A stretch of 64,000 nucleotides of DNA from the NCBI GenBank assembly GCA_051294375.1, contig JBJCIZ010000016.1, forward strand, positions 1-64,000, given 5' to 3'. The notes below the pieces were generated by a model. The model saw only the letters and a program-made list of their open reading frames with translations, made no database searches and had not been told where the DNA came from. The translations under genes were made by a program, and so were the position numbers. Numbering within the stretch: the stretch's first letter is position 1; each line of letters opens with the position of its first letter. Of this stretch, positions 1 through 11,352 are shown piece after piece. The DNA is from Paraspadella gotoi (taxonomy: Eukaryota; Animalia; Chaetognatha).

Positions 1-171
1 TCCAGTCCATTTTTAAAACTCTGAACAAAAAATTTCATTTATTAAAAAAATAAATTTTGGGAATGGTTGGGGCTAGAAGGCAGGGGTTTAAACAGGGGAT
101 TTAGATTTTCGTTGCGTATCAGTCCGTTGCGTACTCATTGCGTACTCGTTGCGTACTCATTAAGAAATTCT

Positions 172-1503
172 AGGATTTGTGAATCATAATTTTACTAAAA
201 TTTTAGGATTTGTGAATCATAATTTTAGGATTTGTGAATCATAATTTTAGGATTTGTGAATCATAAATTTCGGATTTGTGAATCATAATTTTAGGATTTG
301 CGAATCATAAATTTATGATTTGAGAATCATAAATTTAGGATTTGCGAATCATAAATTTAGGATTTGTGAATCATAAATTTAGGATTTGTGAATCATAAAT
401 TTACAGATTTGTGAATCATAAATTTAGGATTGTGAATCATAAATTTAGGATTGGGACTTAATTTATTTGTGAATCATAAATTTAGGATTTGTGAATCTAT
501 AATTTTCGGAATTTAGTGAATCAAATTTTGGATTTGTGAATCATAAATTTAGGATTTGTTAATCATAAATTTATGGATTGTAATCATAAATTTTAGGATT
601 TGTTAATCATAAATTTCGGATTTGTGAATCATAAATTTAGATTTGTGAATCATAATTTTAACATTTGCGAATCATAAATTTCGGATTTGTGTTAAAGTAG
701 CAGGATAAAATATAAAACAATTTGAGAATGGTTGGGGCTAGAAGTCAGGGTTTAATAGGGGATTTAGATAATCTTGCATACTCGTTGCATACTCAGTAAG
801 AAATTTTAGGATTTGTGAATCATAATTTTAGGATTTGTGAATCATAAATTTGGATTTGTGAATCTTTAAATTTCGGATTGTGAATCATAATTTTTGGATT
901 TGTGAATCATATTTTTAGGATTTGTGAATCATAAATTTCGGATTTGTGAATCATAATTTTAGGATTTGTAAATCAGGAAAAAACAGTTTTTTTTTGACAA
1001 CGAGGTTATTTGACACAATTTTAGTCAGACATGTTTCGGCTCATTCATTTAGAGCCTCATCAAACACTGATGAAGGCTCTAAATGAATGAGCCGAAACTA
1101 TGTCTGACTAAATTGTGGTCAAATAAATCGTTGTCAAACAAAAACTGTTTTTTCTAATACCTCAAACAACGAAAAGGAGAGTATATATCATAATGATTTG
1201 TAAATCATAACTTTGGATTTGTTTTGAATCATAATTTCGGATTTGTGAATCATAATTTTAGGATTGTAAATCATAATTTTCGGATTGTGTAATCATAATT
1301 TTGATTTGTAAATCATAATTTTCGGATTTGTGAATCATAATTTGGATTTGTGAATCATAATTTTCGGATTTGTGAATCATAATTTTCGATTTGTGAATCA
1401 TAATTTTCGGATTTGTAAATCATTAAATTCGGATTTGGTAAATCATTAATTTCGGATTTGTGAATCATAATTTTAGAATTGCGAATCATAAATCTCGGAT
1501 TTG
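172..1503. repeat. 22-bp tandem satellite (GGATTTGTGAATCATAA[A/T]TTTA), two blocks
   Basis: Dozens of tandem copies. Interrupted at ~692-800 by a second copy of the GAATGGTTGGGGCTAGAAG motif block and at 976-1194 by an insertion. Confidence 0.95.
976..1194 (+). mobile_element. Penelope-like (PLE) terminus: inverted pLTR fragment with minimal type-I hammerhead ribozyme
   Basis: Inverted arms ~978-1061 and 1067-1154. Core CTGATGA-A-GGCTC..GAGCC-GAAA-C(T)ATGTC at 1067-1104. Family tail CAACGAAAAGGAG. GATTTGTAAATCA is duplicated on both sides (likely TSD). Confidence 0.8.
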
Positions 1504-2077
1504 TGTTATTAGTAACAAGGATAAATATAAATAAATAATACATAAATATTCTTATCTATCAAAAAATATTCAGTTTTAATAATTTTAATTTTTTCTAAAT
1601 TGTCAATCTGAATTTGGTCATAGTTTACTATGATTCCATAATTCAGATTATCGTTCTTTAACTAAAATTCATAATTCTTTAACCCAAAATATTTCTGATA
1701 TTTATCTTGATAGAATAATTTCTTTATTTAAAGATCCTATTATCTCATTTTCTTTTTGCTAACCTAATCCTCTGAGCAGAAATCATAAATCTGATAAATT
1801 TTAAATCATTTCTTAACCAAATTATAGTTTTGTACAGATGTAAAGTTTGAATAAAGATTTTAAATATCTAAAAATCAATTTCTAATCAACATTTTACTTT
1901 CAAAAGAAAAATACATTCAAGATTTAAAGCTTTATATTTTTTTAAAAAGAAAACATAGATTTATATTTCCAGAAACATATACAAGTTGATGAAAACCACC
2001 TGTAGTACATCTCTTATATATCAGTTATTTTATTAAAATAGGATTGTTACATTCTTGGCTATTTTGATAATAATTAA

Positions 2078-3451
2078 CTAAAGATGAAAACCGACACCAC
2101 TATCGTCATTAGAAAAACAGCTAAAAGCTTGTATATATTGGACTGAAAAAAAATTATCAATTTCTTCAGAATCATTAAAAAAAATTGAAAATCTATCCCC
2201 ATTATTATCAGCAAATGTTTGTACAAAATTATGAGTGGGAAACATAAAATCGGGATTATCACATTTGTGGCAAACAGGTTTGTCCATAACCGTTAATAAC
2301 TTCTCATATTCACAAACCGTATCTTCTAAAAAGTGGCCATAAAATTGGCATGCTCTTTTCAATGGTCGACATTGATGACACTTGAATAATATTTGATGAT
2401 AGCGGTCTTCATTCTTTTTGTAAGTTGGTATCCATTGACAGGTAATTCTGAAAATATCTTCATCTGAAAATAAACAATTTCAGAATTAAAGAAGTATACA
2501 AAAAGAAGCTTTTCAAGTTCTTACCAGGTTCCATAGATTCTATTTCTTCAGCGATACTTATGGTTTCTGAAAAACTGCTGCGAAACCAATCAAATAAAAA
2601 ACGACATTGGTTTTTAACATAATCAATGTGGTGATTAAGCAAAATCGATTTTTCATTTGTAAAAAATTCAGTATTATACAATCCTTGGTAAATCCAAGTG
2701 GTACAAAGGTTGGCTTGAGCCTGCATCCTGGACTTACCCCATTTATCTAAAAGAAAAATATTAATCATCAAATGGATTTAAGAAAAATTAGTTTCATAAT
2801 CATTAACTTACCTGTCCAAAGAATTATTTTAATATTATGTAAATATAAAAAATCCCCAATGTCTTTAATGGGAGGAAGATTTTCAATTGTTGGAGCAAAA
2901 TAATTGACAATCAATTGACGTGATTTGGGCGAATTAAAATTTCCACAAGAGTCATCTGCAAATGATAATTTTTTTTAATATTTAACCATTTTGATAAGTG
3001 AAGCTCATGGAAACAAAAATTTCGATTGAGTTCATTAAAAATGATAATTATACGAGAAATAGGATGATTATTCAGTAAAAAAAATATTTTGATAATATTG
3101 TTTGCTGAACCGAACCGGAGAATATGATCTTTTTATAATAACATCCTTATAAAATTTAAAAATTTTATAATATGTTTTGGTTACCTTGAAGTGTGAGCAA
3201 TAAATGTCCAGTTTTATATTTAGTATATTTAGGGCCGACAATATCTTTGCACAATATTCCATGAATATTAGTTATCATTCCTTCTTGCAAACTATTTATT
3301 GAAGTTACTTGTAAATTTATATAGCTTTGATTTGGTAAATATTTATACATTTTTTCTAAAAAAATATAAACAATTTATTAAGAATAATCGAATAAGGTAC
3401 AAATGCAATATTTTTTTTACCATTATTTCGATTTTTTAACACATCTTTCAT
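2078..3451 (-). CDS. POT1: POT1-like telomeric ssDNA-binding OB-fold protein (5 exons: 3451-3421, 3355-3185, 2955-2812, 2746-2525, 2463-2078; true C-terminus may extend to ~1942 across indels)
   Basis: All introns are GT-AG and phase-compatible. TSINSLQEGMITNIHGIL..LLTLQDDS..LIVNYFAPTIENLPPIKDIGDFLYLHNIKI..QAQ..FLFDW resembles POT1 OB1 ([45 protein letters not shown]). IFRITCQW..CHQC..CHKC..FVQTFADNNG..IDNFF resembles the POT1 C-terminal Zn/OB domain. Similarity was judged by eye. Confidence 0.75.
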
Positions 3452-3554
3452 GGTAAGCAAAATAATGTAACAAGGACAAAAGTGTACCCATCTCGTACCC
3501 AAAGTGTACTCAATGAAAAAAATTAAGTAAAAAAAAAGAGGGAAAAATTAACCC

Positions 3555-3895
3555 TGGGAATGGTTGAGGGCTAAAAGGCAGGGGTTTAAAGGGGGATTTG
3601 CTTCGTGGGTACTCCTTGGGACTACTTGGTACAAAATATTCTTGAGTACACCTGGGTATCGTGTTTATTATTAACCTTGGTACTACTTGGGTACTCATTG
3701 GGATACTCATTGGGTACAATTCGTGAATGATTTCTTGGGTACACTCTGGGTACTACTTGGGACAAATATTCTTGAGTACCACTTTGGGTACCGTGTTTAT
3801 TATTAACCTTGGATACTATCTGGGTACTACTTGGGTACTCATTGGGTACAATTTGTGAATGATTTCTGAGTACTCTGGGTACTACGAGAGTACTA
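3555..3895. promoter_or_regulatory. Repeated upstream module: GAATGGTTG(A/G)GGGCTARAAGGCAGGGGTTTAA motif followed by GGGTACTACTTGGG repeats
   Basis: The same motif occurs at 61-100 and 726-765. This copy lies ~110 bp upstream of the POT1-like ATG. A regulatory role is inferred. Confidence 0.35.
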
Positions 3896-3907
3896 TCAAA
3901 AAAATTA

Positions 3908-4138
3908 TTGATTCACTAATCATAAAATCATGATTCGCGAATCATAAAATCCTGATTCGCGAATCATAAAATCCTGATTTCGCGAATCATAAAATCCTGA
4001 TTCGCGAATAATAAAATCCTGATTCGCCGAATCATAAAATCATGATTCGCGAAATCATAAAATCATGATTCGCGAATCATAAAAATCATGATTCGCGAAT
4101 CATAAAATCATGATTCGCGAATCATAAACATCATGAAT
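3908..4138. repeat. 22-bp satellite with palindromic core TGATTCGCGAATCA
   Basis: ~10 tandem copies of (C/A)TGATTCGCGAATCATAAAATC. Confidence 0.95.
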
Positions 4139-4139
4139 T

Positions 4140-4506
4140 TCGAGAGAGTACCCAGTAGTACCCACCAGTACCCAAGGAAAAAAAATGCTATATAGAGATA
4201 TTTTTTCGAGAGAGTACCCAAGTAGTACCCAACCGAGTACCAAGGAAAAAAAATGCTATATAGAGATATTTTTCTTGAGAGAGTACCCAAGTAGTACCCA
4301 ACCAGTTACCCAAGGAAAAAAAAATGCTATATAGAGATATTTTTTCGAGAGGTACCCAAGTAGTACCCAACCAGTACCCAAGGAAAAAAAATGCTATATA
4401 GAGATATTTTTTCGAGAGAGTACCCAAGTAGTACCAACAGTANNNNNNNNNNNNNNNNNNNNNNNNNTACCCAAGGAAAAAAAATGCTATATAGAGATAT
4501 TTTTTC
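4140..4506. repeat. ~66-bp tandem repeat (GAGAGTACCCAAGTAGTACCCAACCAGTACCCAAGGAAAAAAAATGCTATATAGAGATATTTTTTTC)
   Basis: ~5 copies spanning a 25-N gap. Its GTACCC motifs are the reverse complement of those at 3605-3895. Confidence 0.9.
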
Positions 4507-5062
4507 GTTACAATATAGTCGCAAACGCTAAGCAACGAAAACAATCTTTTAAAAATAAAGAAAAAGCAATTGAGTGATAACTTACCCAAGGTTAATTTCA
4601 AAGCTTTTTCACATCAAAGTTTTTTTCCTTATAGCATCGTGTTAAAGCAGAATAATATAAACTCTTACAATAATATTTTATATGATTTTTTTATTTTTAT
4701 CATAAAATTGTTTTGGTTTTGAGACAATTTTTAAAAAATTGTTGTTTTTTAATATTTATTATTAAAATACCATATTTAGCAACAATTAAAAAAATATTTT
4801 TATAAAAAAATATTTAAAGCTACCTCGTGTCTTCTTTTTTTGCGATTAACCAAAAAGTGAGAGTTGCTCCTTGAGTATTCCGGCACAACTAAAAGGAGTA
4901 TGACCAAGATGCAAAAATAATACATTATCTCGCTCAAGCATGAAAGGCTGGTAACATAAAATGAAAGTTAAATTCAAAAATGAGATAGAAAGTGATCCTC
5001 GTAGTCAATATCCCAGAAATGAAGTTATTGTGGCGAATCCTATATTTGCCTCCCGTATAGCT

Positions 5063-5240
5063 TGGTGAAACTCAGCTCGTCCCATTGGCTTGTCCAATGG
5101 ACAGCTAAGTACTCGTTGACCAACCGTGAGTTCCGGGTTCAATCCCCTCACGGTCACGCTGGTTAAAGTTTGATGGTGAAGTGACCGAGAGGAGAGAGGG
5201 TTACCATGCCTCTCTGTGAGTATGAACACTGAACAGCCCC
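5063..5240 (+). mobile_element. tRNA-derived SINE-like element
   Basis: B-box GGGTTCAATCCC at ~5135-5146 within a GC-richer tRNA-like head. A-box is degenerate. Confidence 0.45.
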
Positions 5241-5442
5241 CACACTTAGTGTGCCCAGTAGGTCTGGGAGATTTTTCTGTCAGTTGCTCTGCTTTCCGGA
5301 ACTTCAGATCCGGCAGTAGGCTTGCTACCGGTGGTTTAACCACCCCGTCACTCTTTTTGCAAGAACTGTTCCGACCAGGGCTAGAACCCGTGACCATTGG
5401 GTTCGGAAATGGAGCATTAGCCCATTGCGCTATTACGCCGCT
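5241..5442 (-). mobile_element. tRNA-derived SINE-like element
   Basis: Minus strand reads GGCGTAATAGCGCAATGGGCTAATGC..GTCACGGGTTCTAGCCCTGGTCGG: A-box and B-box at tRNA spacing, no proper acceptor stem, followed by a non-tRNA body. Confidence 0.6.
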
Positions 5443-5532
5443 GATAGAAGGAACAGTCGTATCCAACAGGTAGTGATATTATATCACTACAATGGTGTCG
5501 GCATAAACTCGCCAGTAACATGGGGTGGTCAC

Positions 5533-6264
5533 TAAGGCGTAGCGAAAGTTGCAGATCAAAATTCGAATAGTTGATCGTGAACAGTTTTGTACTAAAGAAC
5601 ATTGATATATAAAAAAAAATATTTTTAATTTCTTAATTTTCGCATACGCCCATATTTATACTTAGTACTTACTATAGAAAATGTCAAAATTTTAAAATAG
5701 TTTTTTTTAGTTTTGATTCGATTCAAATTCCTCATAAAAAGTTGATAAAAGTAAAAAACTCTTTTTAGAAAATTATTTCATTAAGCGGGTCAAAATCCTA
5801 GAAAACTTATCGTTAATTTATAATTCAATTTTAGTAGAAAAAATTTTTTTTTTGATTTTTAGCTAAATTAATGAAAGAATTTTTGATTAAGACTTATATT
5901 TTCTTTTAAGTTAGCTAAAAATCAAAAAAATATATTTTTTATACTAAAATTAAATTATAAGTTAACGATAACAGTTTTTTTAGGATTTTGACCCACTAAA
6001 TAAAATAATTTTCTAAAAAGAGTTATATTTACTTTTATTTACTTTTCGTGAAGAATTCGAATCTTTTTTCAAAAAAAAGAAAAAAACATTTTAAAATTTT
6101 AACATTTTCTATGGTGAGTACTATGTATAATTATGGGCTTTTGCGAAAATTGAAAAATAAAAAATATTTTTTTTTATATATCAATGTTCTTTAGTACAAG
6201 AATGTTCATGAACAACTATTCGAATTTTGATTCAACTCGATTTTAATATTTTTGCTACGCTTTA
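5533..6264. mobile_element. hAT-type foldback MITE
   Basis: TIR TAAGGCGTAGC / GCTACGCTTTA, long internal inverted arms, 8-bp TSD GTGGTCAC. Confidence 0.9.
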
Positions 6265-6615
6265 GTGGTCACTGCAGGTCCAAAGCCCTGAGCGTCAGCT
6301 GTCGGAAGATGCCTCACACCCCGGGCATCACACATGTCCTCCTGATGCCATATCGTCATATAAAGCTGTGGCGATGAGCTACAAAGTGTTTTGTAAAAAT
6401 AAAAAGTTAAATTTCACCAATAATTATTTGTTATTGAATCTGAAAAAAGAACCAAAACAGAGCTATTAAAGCTTATGCAACAATTTTTTTGTTGACAAAA
6501 AATGAAAAATACAAAGCCAAAATCAGTAACTAATAAACCAAAAAATGAGTTGGGTACGCCAAATGAAATAAACAGCCAAAAAAGGTTCTTCTTTGAAGAC
6601 CAAGCAGACATCAAA

Positions 6616-9420
6616 CTACTTAAAAAGAAGCGCTTTACCCGGATGCTTATTCAGTATATGCTTATTAATATCGGAGCGATTTATGGACTTCATTCGTTCA
6701 CAATACGGGCATTCAAGTTTGTTACCAGCTTTACTATGATAGACACGAAAATGTCGAAGCATATTACATCTTGAAGAAAAAAGTTGTTTGCATTCAACGT
6801 TTTCACAAGGAATTGAGCTGTTGGCCCTTTTCTTCTTGGGCTGGGTCTCGAAGTCCGAATCGAAAGTTTCGTGGTTTTCAGACGAGGTTCCACTTTCTTC
6901 TTTTACTTCTTTTTTAAACTTTTTACCTGAAAAAGAAATAGTAAAAAAAATTTTACTATAAAAAAAATCATTAAATAAACTTTTAGCAATGACAATTAAT
7001 TTTTTTATTTATAAAAAATATTTAATTAAATAACCAATAAAAATATAAAACTTTAACACAGCCGAAATGTATCAATTACAAAAAGAGATGATTAAAAATA
7101 TTATTCTAAAACTGGTACAACTAATATTAAATTTTTTTATTTTATAAATACTTAATGATATATAAAAATAATAAAATAAAATAATAAATAATGTAAAATC
7201 CTTTAGCTGTAACGAATCATAAATAACCATAATCCCATAACCAATAAGGCGTAGTGAAAGTTACATACAAAAATTCTAAAAGTCAATTATGAACAACATA
7301 CCATCAGTGAACATTAATTTGTAAAAAAAATTAATTTTATGTTTTTTAATTTTCGCAGTAGGCTATATTTATATGTAGTACTATCCTTATAAAATCGAAA
7401 AATTGCAAAATAGGCTTTTCTTAATTTTTATTGCAGATTTGAATTCCTCGTCAAAAGTTGATAAAAGAAAATATAAATCATTTTAAAAAATTCTTTCATT
7501 AAGTGGGTTAAAAATTAAAAAAACTGTATTTAATAAATAAAAAGTTGATTTTCAGTTTAAAATATAGCTTTTTTAAATTTTTAACCCACTTAATGAAGGA
7601 ATTTTTCAAAAAGAGTTGTATTTCTTTTTATCAACTTTTTATGACGAATCCAAATCTGCAAAAAAATCTTAGAAAAAACTGTTTTGAAATTTTAACTATT
7701 TATTATAAATTTTTTTATTACATAAATGTTCATAAGTATAATGTTGTTCGTTCTTTACCTTTAGAATTTTAATTAAAGTTAAACTTAAGAATTTTACTAC
7801 GCCTTAATAACCAATTATACCCTCCACCCGTTTCTGTTCAGACATATTTTTTAATGAATGACTTTCTAACGAGAATGATTATTAAAAAAACTAGGGCAGA
7901 AATAATTTTTAACTTTGTGTTGCATAGATGCTCCCTCTATTTTTGGAAGACAATAATAACATCCCTCTCCCCAAATAAAATATGAAATAAATAATAATTA
8001 AATCTATTATTTGAAATATATTAAACTTTTATATTCGTTTTATGTCTGTTCGCGAGTGACACCAAAATTGGATTGCATTAAAGAAAAGTTTTATCAATGG
8101 CATATCTGAATTATAGTAATGTTGTAAAAATTTTGAGTTATGATTTTTTATTTATTTTTTTACATTTGTAAATCTTAAGTTTTCTTTGTGCTGTCCTGAC
8201 CATGTTCTTGACTTAATAATTTTATATCATAAAGAATAAGGATTCCCAGTTAATGCTTCATTTAATGTTGTAAATGAATTTCAATAATTTTAAGTAAGTA
8301 ATGAGTAATTATTAATTAATTTATAATGATTTTCTTTTTTTAAAAGATTCAGTTTTTTTCTACTGAAGATGAAAATGGATGACGTTTAAAAAAAGGTTTT
8401 ACATAAGTAAATTATTAAATTAAATTTATGAAATTAAAATTTAATAAACGTCCAGCTATAGAATGAGAGAAGAAAATTTAAAAAATATTCATCCAATGAT
8501 AAATGGTATACATTTTTTTGGTGTCACTCACTCACGAACACAAGTACATAATCTTACAAATTTTTATAAATATTATTGGGGGGATATTAATATAATCTTC
8601 CGGAAATAGCGGGATATTCTAAACAACACAAATTTAAAACATTTTAAGCATTAGTTTTCTAGAAAGTTATTAATAAAAATCTAAAAATAAAGGTCGAAAA
8701 AGTTTTTTTTCAATACCATGTTTGTAATAAAACTGTCAAAAAAAATTAAGAGACAAAACTAGAGAGCAAAGAATTTAATTGTTTACAACAACGATTTTTT
8801 ATTATGATAGAAAGACGGACATGTTTCGGTTCGCATTTGAACCTTCATCAGCGCAAACAGATTTGTGAATTTGTGAAATTATTAGTACTTAAAGAAGGGT
8901 GTGAGAGAGAGAGAAAGAGGGCAAAGTTTTCCAACACAGAGTTGAGAAAGGACAGTGGTCAAAGGTAAGAACAGGCTAAGTTAGGGACATATAGAGTTAG
9001 ATTGTGAAAGGAAATTTAAGCACTAATAATTTCACAAATTCACAAATCTGTTTGCGCTGATGAAGGTTCAAATGCGAACCGAAACATGTCCCTCTTTCGA
9101 TCATAATGAAAAATCGTTGTTGTAAACAATTAAATTCTTTGCTCTCTAATCTGAAACACAACGAAAAAGAAAGGAACTAAATATAAGGGACATTCTAAAA
9201 AAGTTTTATAAGGGGACTTTTATATTTTTAATGCTATTTTAAAGTTTGTTAGTTAAGATTATATTTTCAAATACTTTTTACTTTATATATTTTTTAATAC
9301 CTTCTTCTTTCGCCATAAATGCTTGCAGTCTTGAAAGCATATCAGGATTTTCGTCCATTTTGATTTGTATCTTTTTCACCATTTCCTCAAAATCAAGTTT
9401 TTCAGTCCGGGTACGACATT
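6616..9420 (-). CDS. Small tandem C2H2 zinc-finger protein (exons 9420-9301 and 6926-6616; start uncertain; one T missing in a homopolymer at ~6777)
   Basis: A phase-1 GT-AG join gives ..MAKEE/GKKFKKE..PKKKRA (NLS-like)..CENVECKQLFSSRCNMLRHFRVYH..CPYCERMKSINRSDINKHILNKH after a single frameshift correction. Confidence 0.7.
7245..7806. mobile_element. hAT-type foldback MITE (same family as 5533-6264)
   Basis: TIR TAAGGCGTAGT / ACTACGCCTTA, 8-bp TSD ATAACCAA. Confidence 0.9.
8761..9183 (+). mobile_element. PLE inverted pLTR with two mirror-image hammerheads
   Basis: HHR on - at 8817-8853 and on + at 9057-9090 (CTGATGA-A-GGTTC..GAACC-GAAA-CATGTC). ~125-bp inverted arms. Tail ACAACGAAAAAGAAAGG. 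Confidence 0.8.
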
Positions 9421-10711
9421 CTGAAAATAAAAGATTTTTTAATAATTAATTTCGACCCAACATTTTCATTTCAATAATTTTCAAATATGAATAATAAACG
9501 CTAACTAGCATAACAGATGAATGAAACCCGGAAACAGAGGAAAAGATTAAGGNNNNNNNNNNNNNNNNNNNNNNNNNTTATTAAGGAAGAGGATTTCCGG
9601 AAAGGAAGAAGATTCTGGAATGATTTCGAACGGGATTTTGGAGGCCAATCAAAAAGGAAAAAAAAAAAAAGAAAGAAAAAGAAAAAAAAGAGAAAAAGAG
9701 AGAAGAGCGATGAGAAAGAGGGAGATTTGTACAAAAAACTTCGATAAATAATATAAATAATAATAATAATAAATAATAATAATAAGTAAATAATAATAAT
9801 AAGTAAATAATAATAGTAAATAATAATAAGTAAAATGTAATAATAATAATTAAATAATAATAAATAATAATAATAATATAATAATAATAAAAAAATATAA
9901 ATAAGTAAATATAATAATAAATAAATAATAAATAATAATAAATATAATATTAAATAAATAATTAAACAAAGTAATTAAACAAAGTAATTAAATAAATTAA
10001 TAAATATAATAATTAATAAATTAATAATAAAAGTAAATGAATAAATAATTATTTAATGAATAATAAATAGAGAGAGAAGAACGGGAAGAAACAACAATAG
10101 TAACATGATAACAGACGCGACTGCGATCCCTAATATGAGTTCAATCCTTGGACAATTTTTTTTTAATAAAAACGAAAAGAAAGCAAGATAGAGAGAGAGA
10201 GAGAAAGAGAAATAAATAAAAATAAAGAGAATGACGAGAAGAAAGAACGAAAAAAAACCGATGTTGCGATAGCAAAATGATAACATGCACGAATGCAATG
10301 CTTAATTTTACGAGTTCAATCCTAATTCAATTTTTTTTAAAATAAAAACGCAGAGAGAGAGGAGAGAAAGAGAGAGAGAGAGAGCGAAGCCAAATCGTTT
10401 TCGGGATGAATCAGCAGAATCAGAGACTGGGGAAAAGAGAGAGAGCGAGCTACATATAATTAAAAAGAGAGAAAAAGAGAGAGAAGGAGACACAAAAAAA
10501 AATTCAAAGGCAGCAGCAGAATCATCAGGAGAAAAGAGAGAAAAAGAAAGAAAACCCCTGCAGAGCTTAAATCGCAGTTGCAGATTCTTTTTTTTCCCTT
10601 TGAATCAATAATAGTAAATTTATATAACATAATATTAAAATAAAATTAAATAATATTAATATGGTAATAGTATTAACAAGAATTTTATAATTAAATTAAA
10701 AATAAAAATAG

Positions 10712-11025
10712 AATTCAATCATAAAAATATGATTCGAATCATAAAATATGATTCGAATCATAAAAATATGATTCGATTCATTAAAATATATTCGATCATT
10801 AAAAATTGTTCGAATCAAATATTCAATTATAAAAATATGATTCGAATTATAAAAATATTATTCGAATTATAATAAATTATGATTCAAATCATAAAAATAT
10901 TGATTCAAATCAATAAATATGATTCAAATCAGATAAATATGATTCAAATCATAAAATATGATTCAAATCATAAAAAATATGATTCAAATCATATAAATAT
11001 GATTCAAATCATAAAAATATGATTC
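10712..11025. repeat. 20-bp satellite with palindrome TATGATTCGAATCATA
   Basis: Tandem AAAATATGATTC(G/A)AATCAT units. Cleaner copies at 15770-16052 and 19655-19820. Confidence 0.9.
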
Positions 11026-11352
11026 TGAACCATATTTTTAGATATTTTATAGATAAAAATCATACTTTATGATTCGAATCTTATTTTTATGATGTAAAAC
11101 TAAAAATCATTACAATATATAGTATTAGAAAAATCTCGACTACTATTCCTAAAAATTACCTGATGATTATATGTTTGTAACTTATTGGTTCTATTTCAAA
11201 TTTTTATGATTATAAGCTTTAACTCATTTATGGTCCTATTAATTTGAATCATATCTTTTTTTACTGTATTCAATTCTTATAATATTTATTACTTAACTAA
11301 ATAAATTTGGAATGATATTGCATTTAAAATTCAGAAAGATATATTAATTATT

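Noticed and set aside
5370-5442. Functional tRNA gene
   Set aside because: Acceptor and anticodon stems do not pair. Better explained as a SINE head.
7815-8720. Old foldback element (inverted matches 7924-7975/8575-8620 and 8048-8068/8516-8540)
   Set aside because: Termini and TSD cannot be defined. Ordinary decayed MITE.
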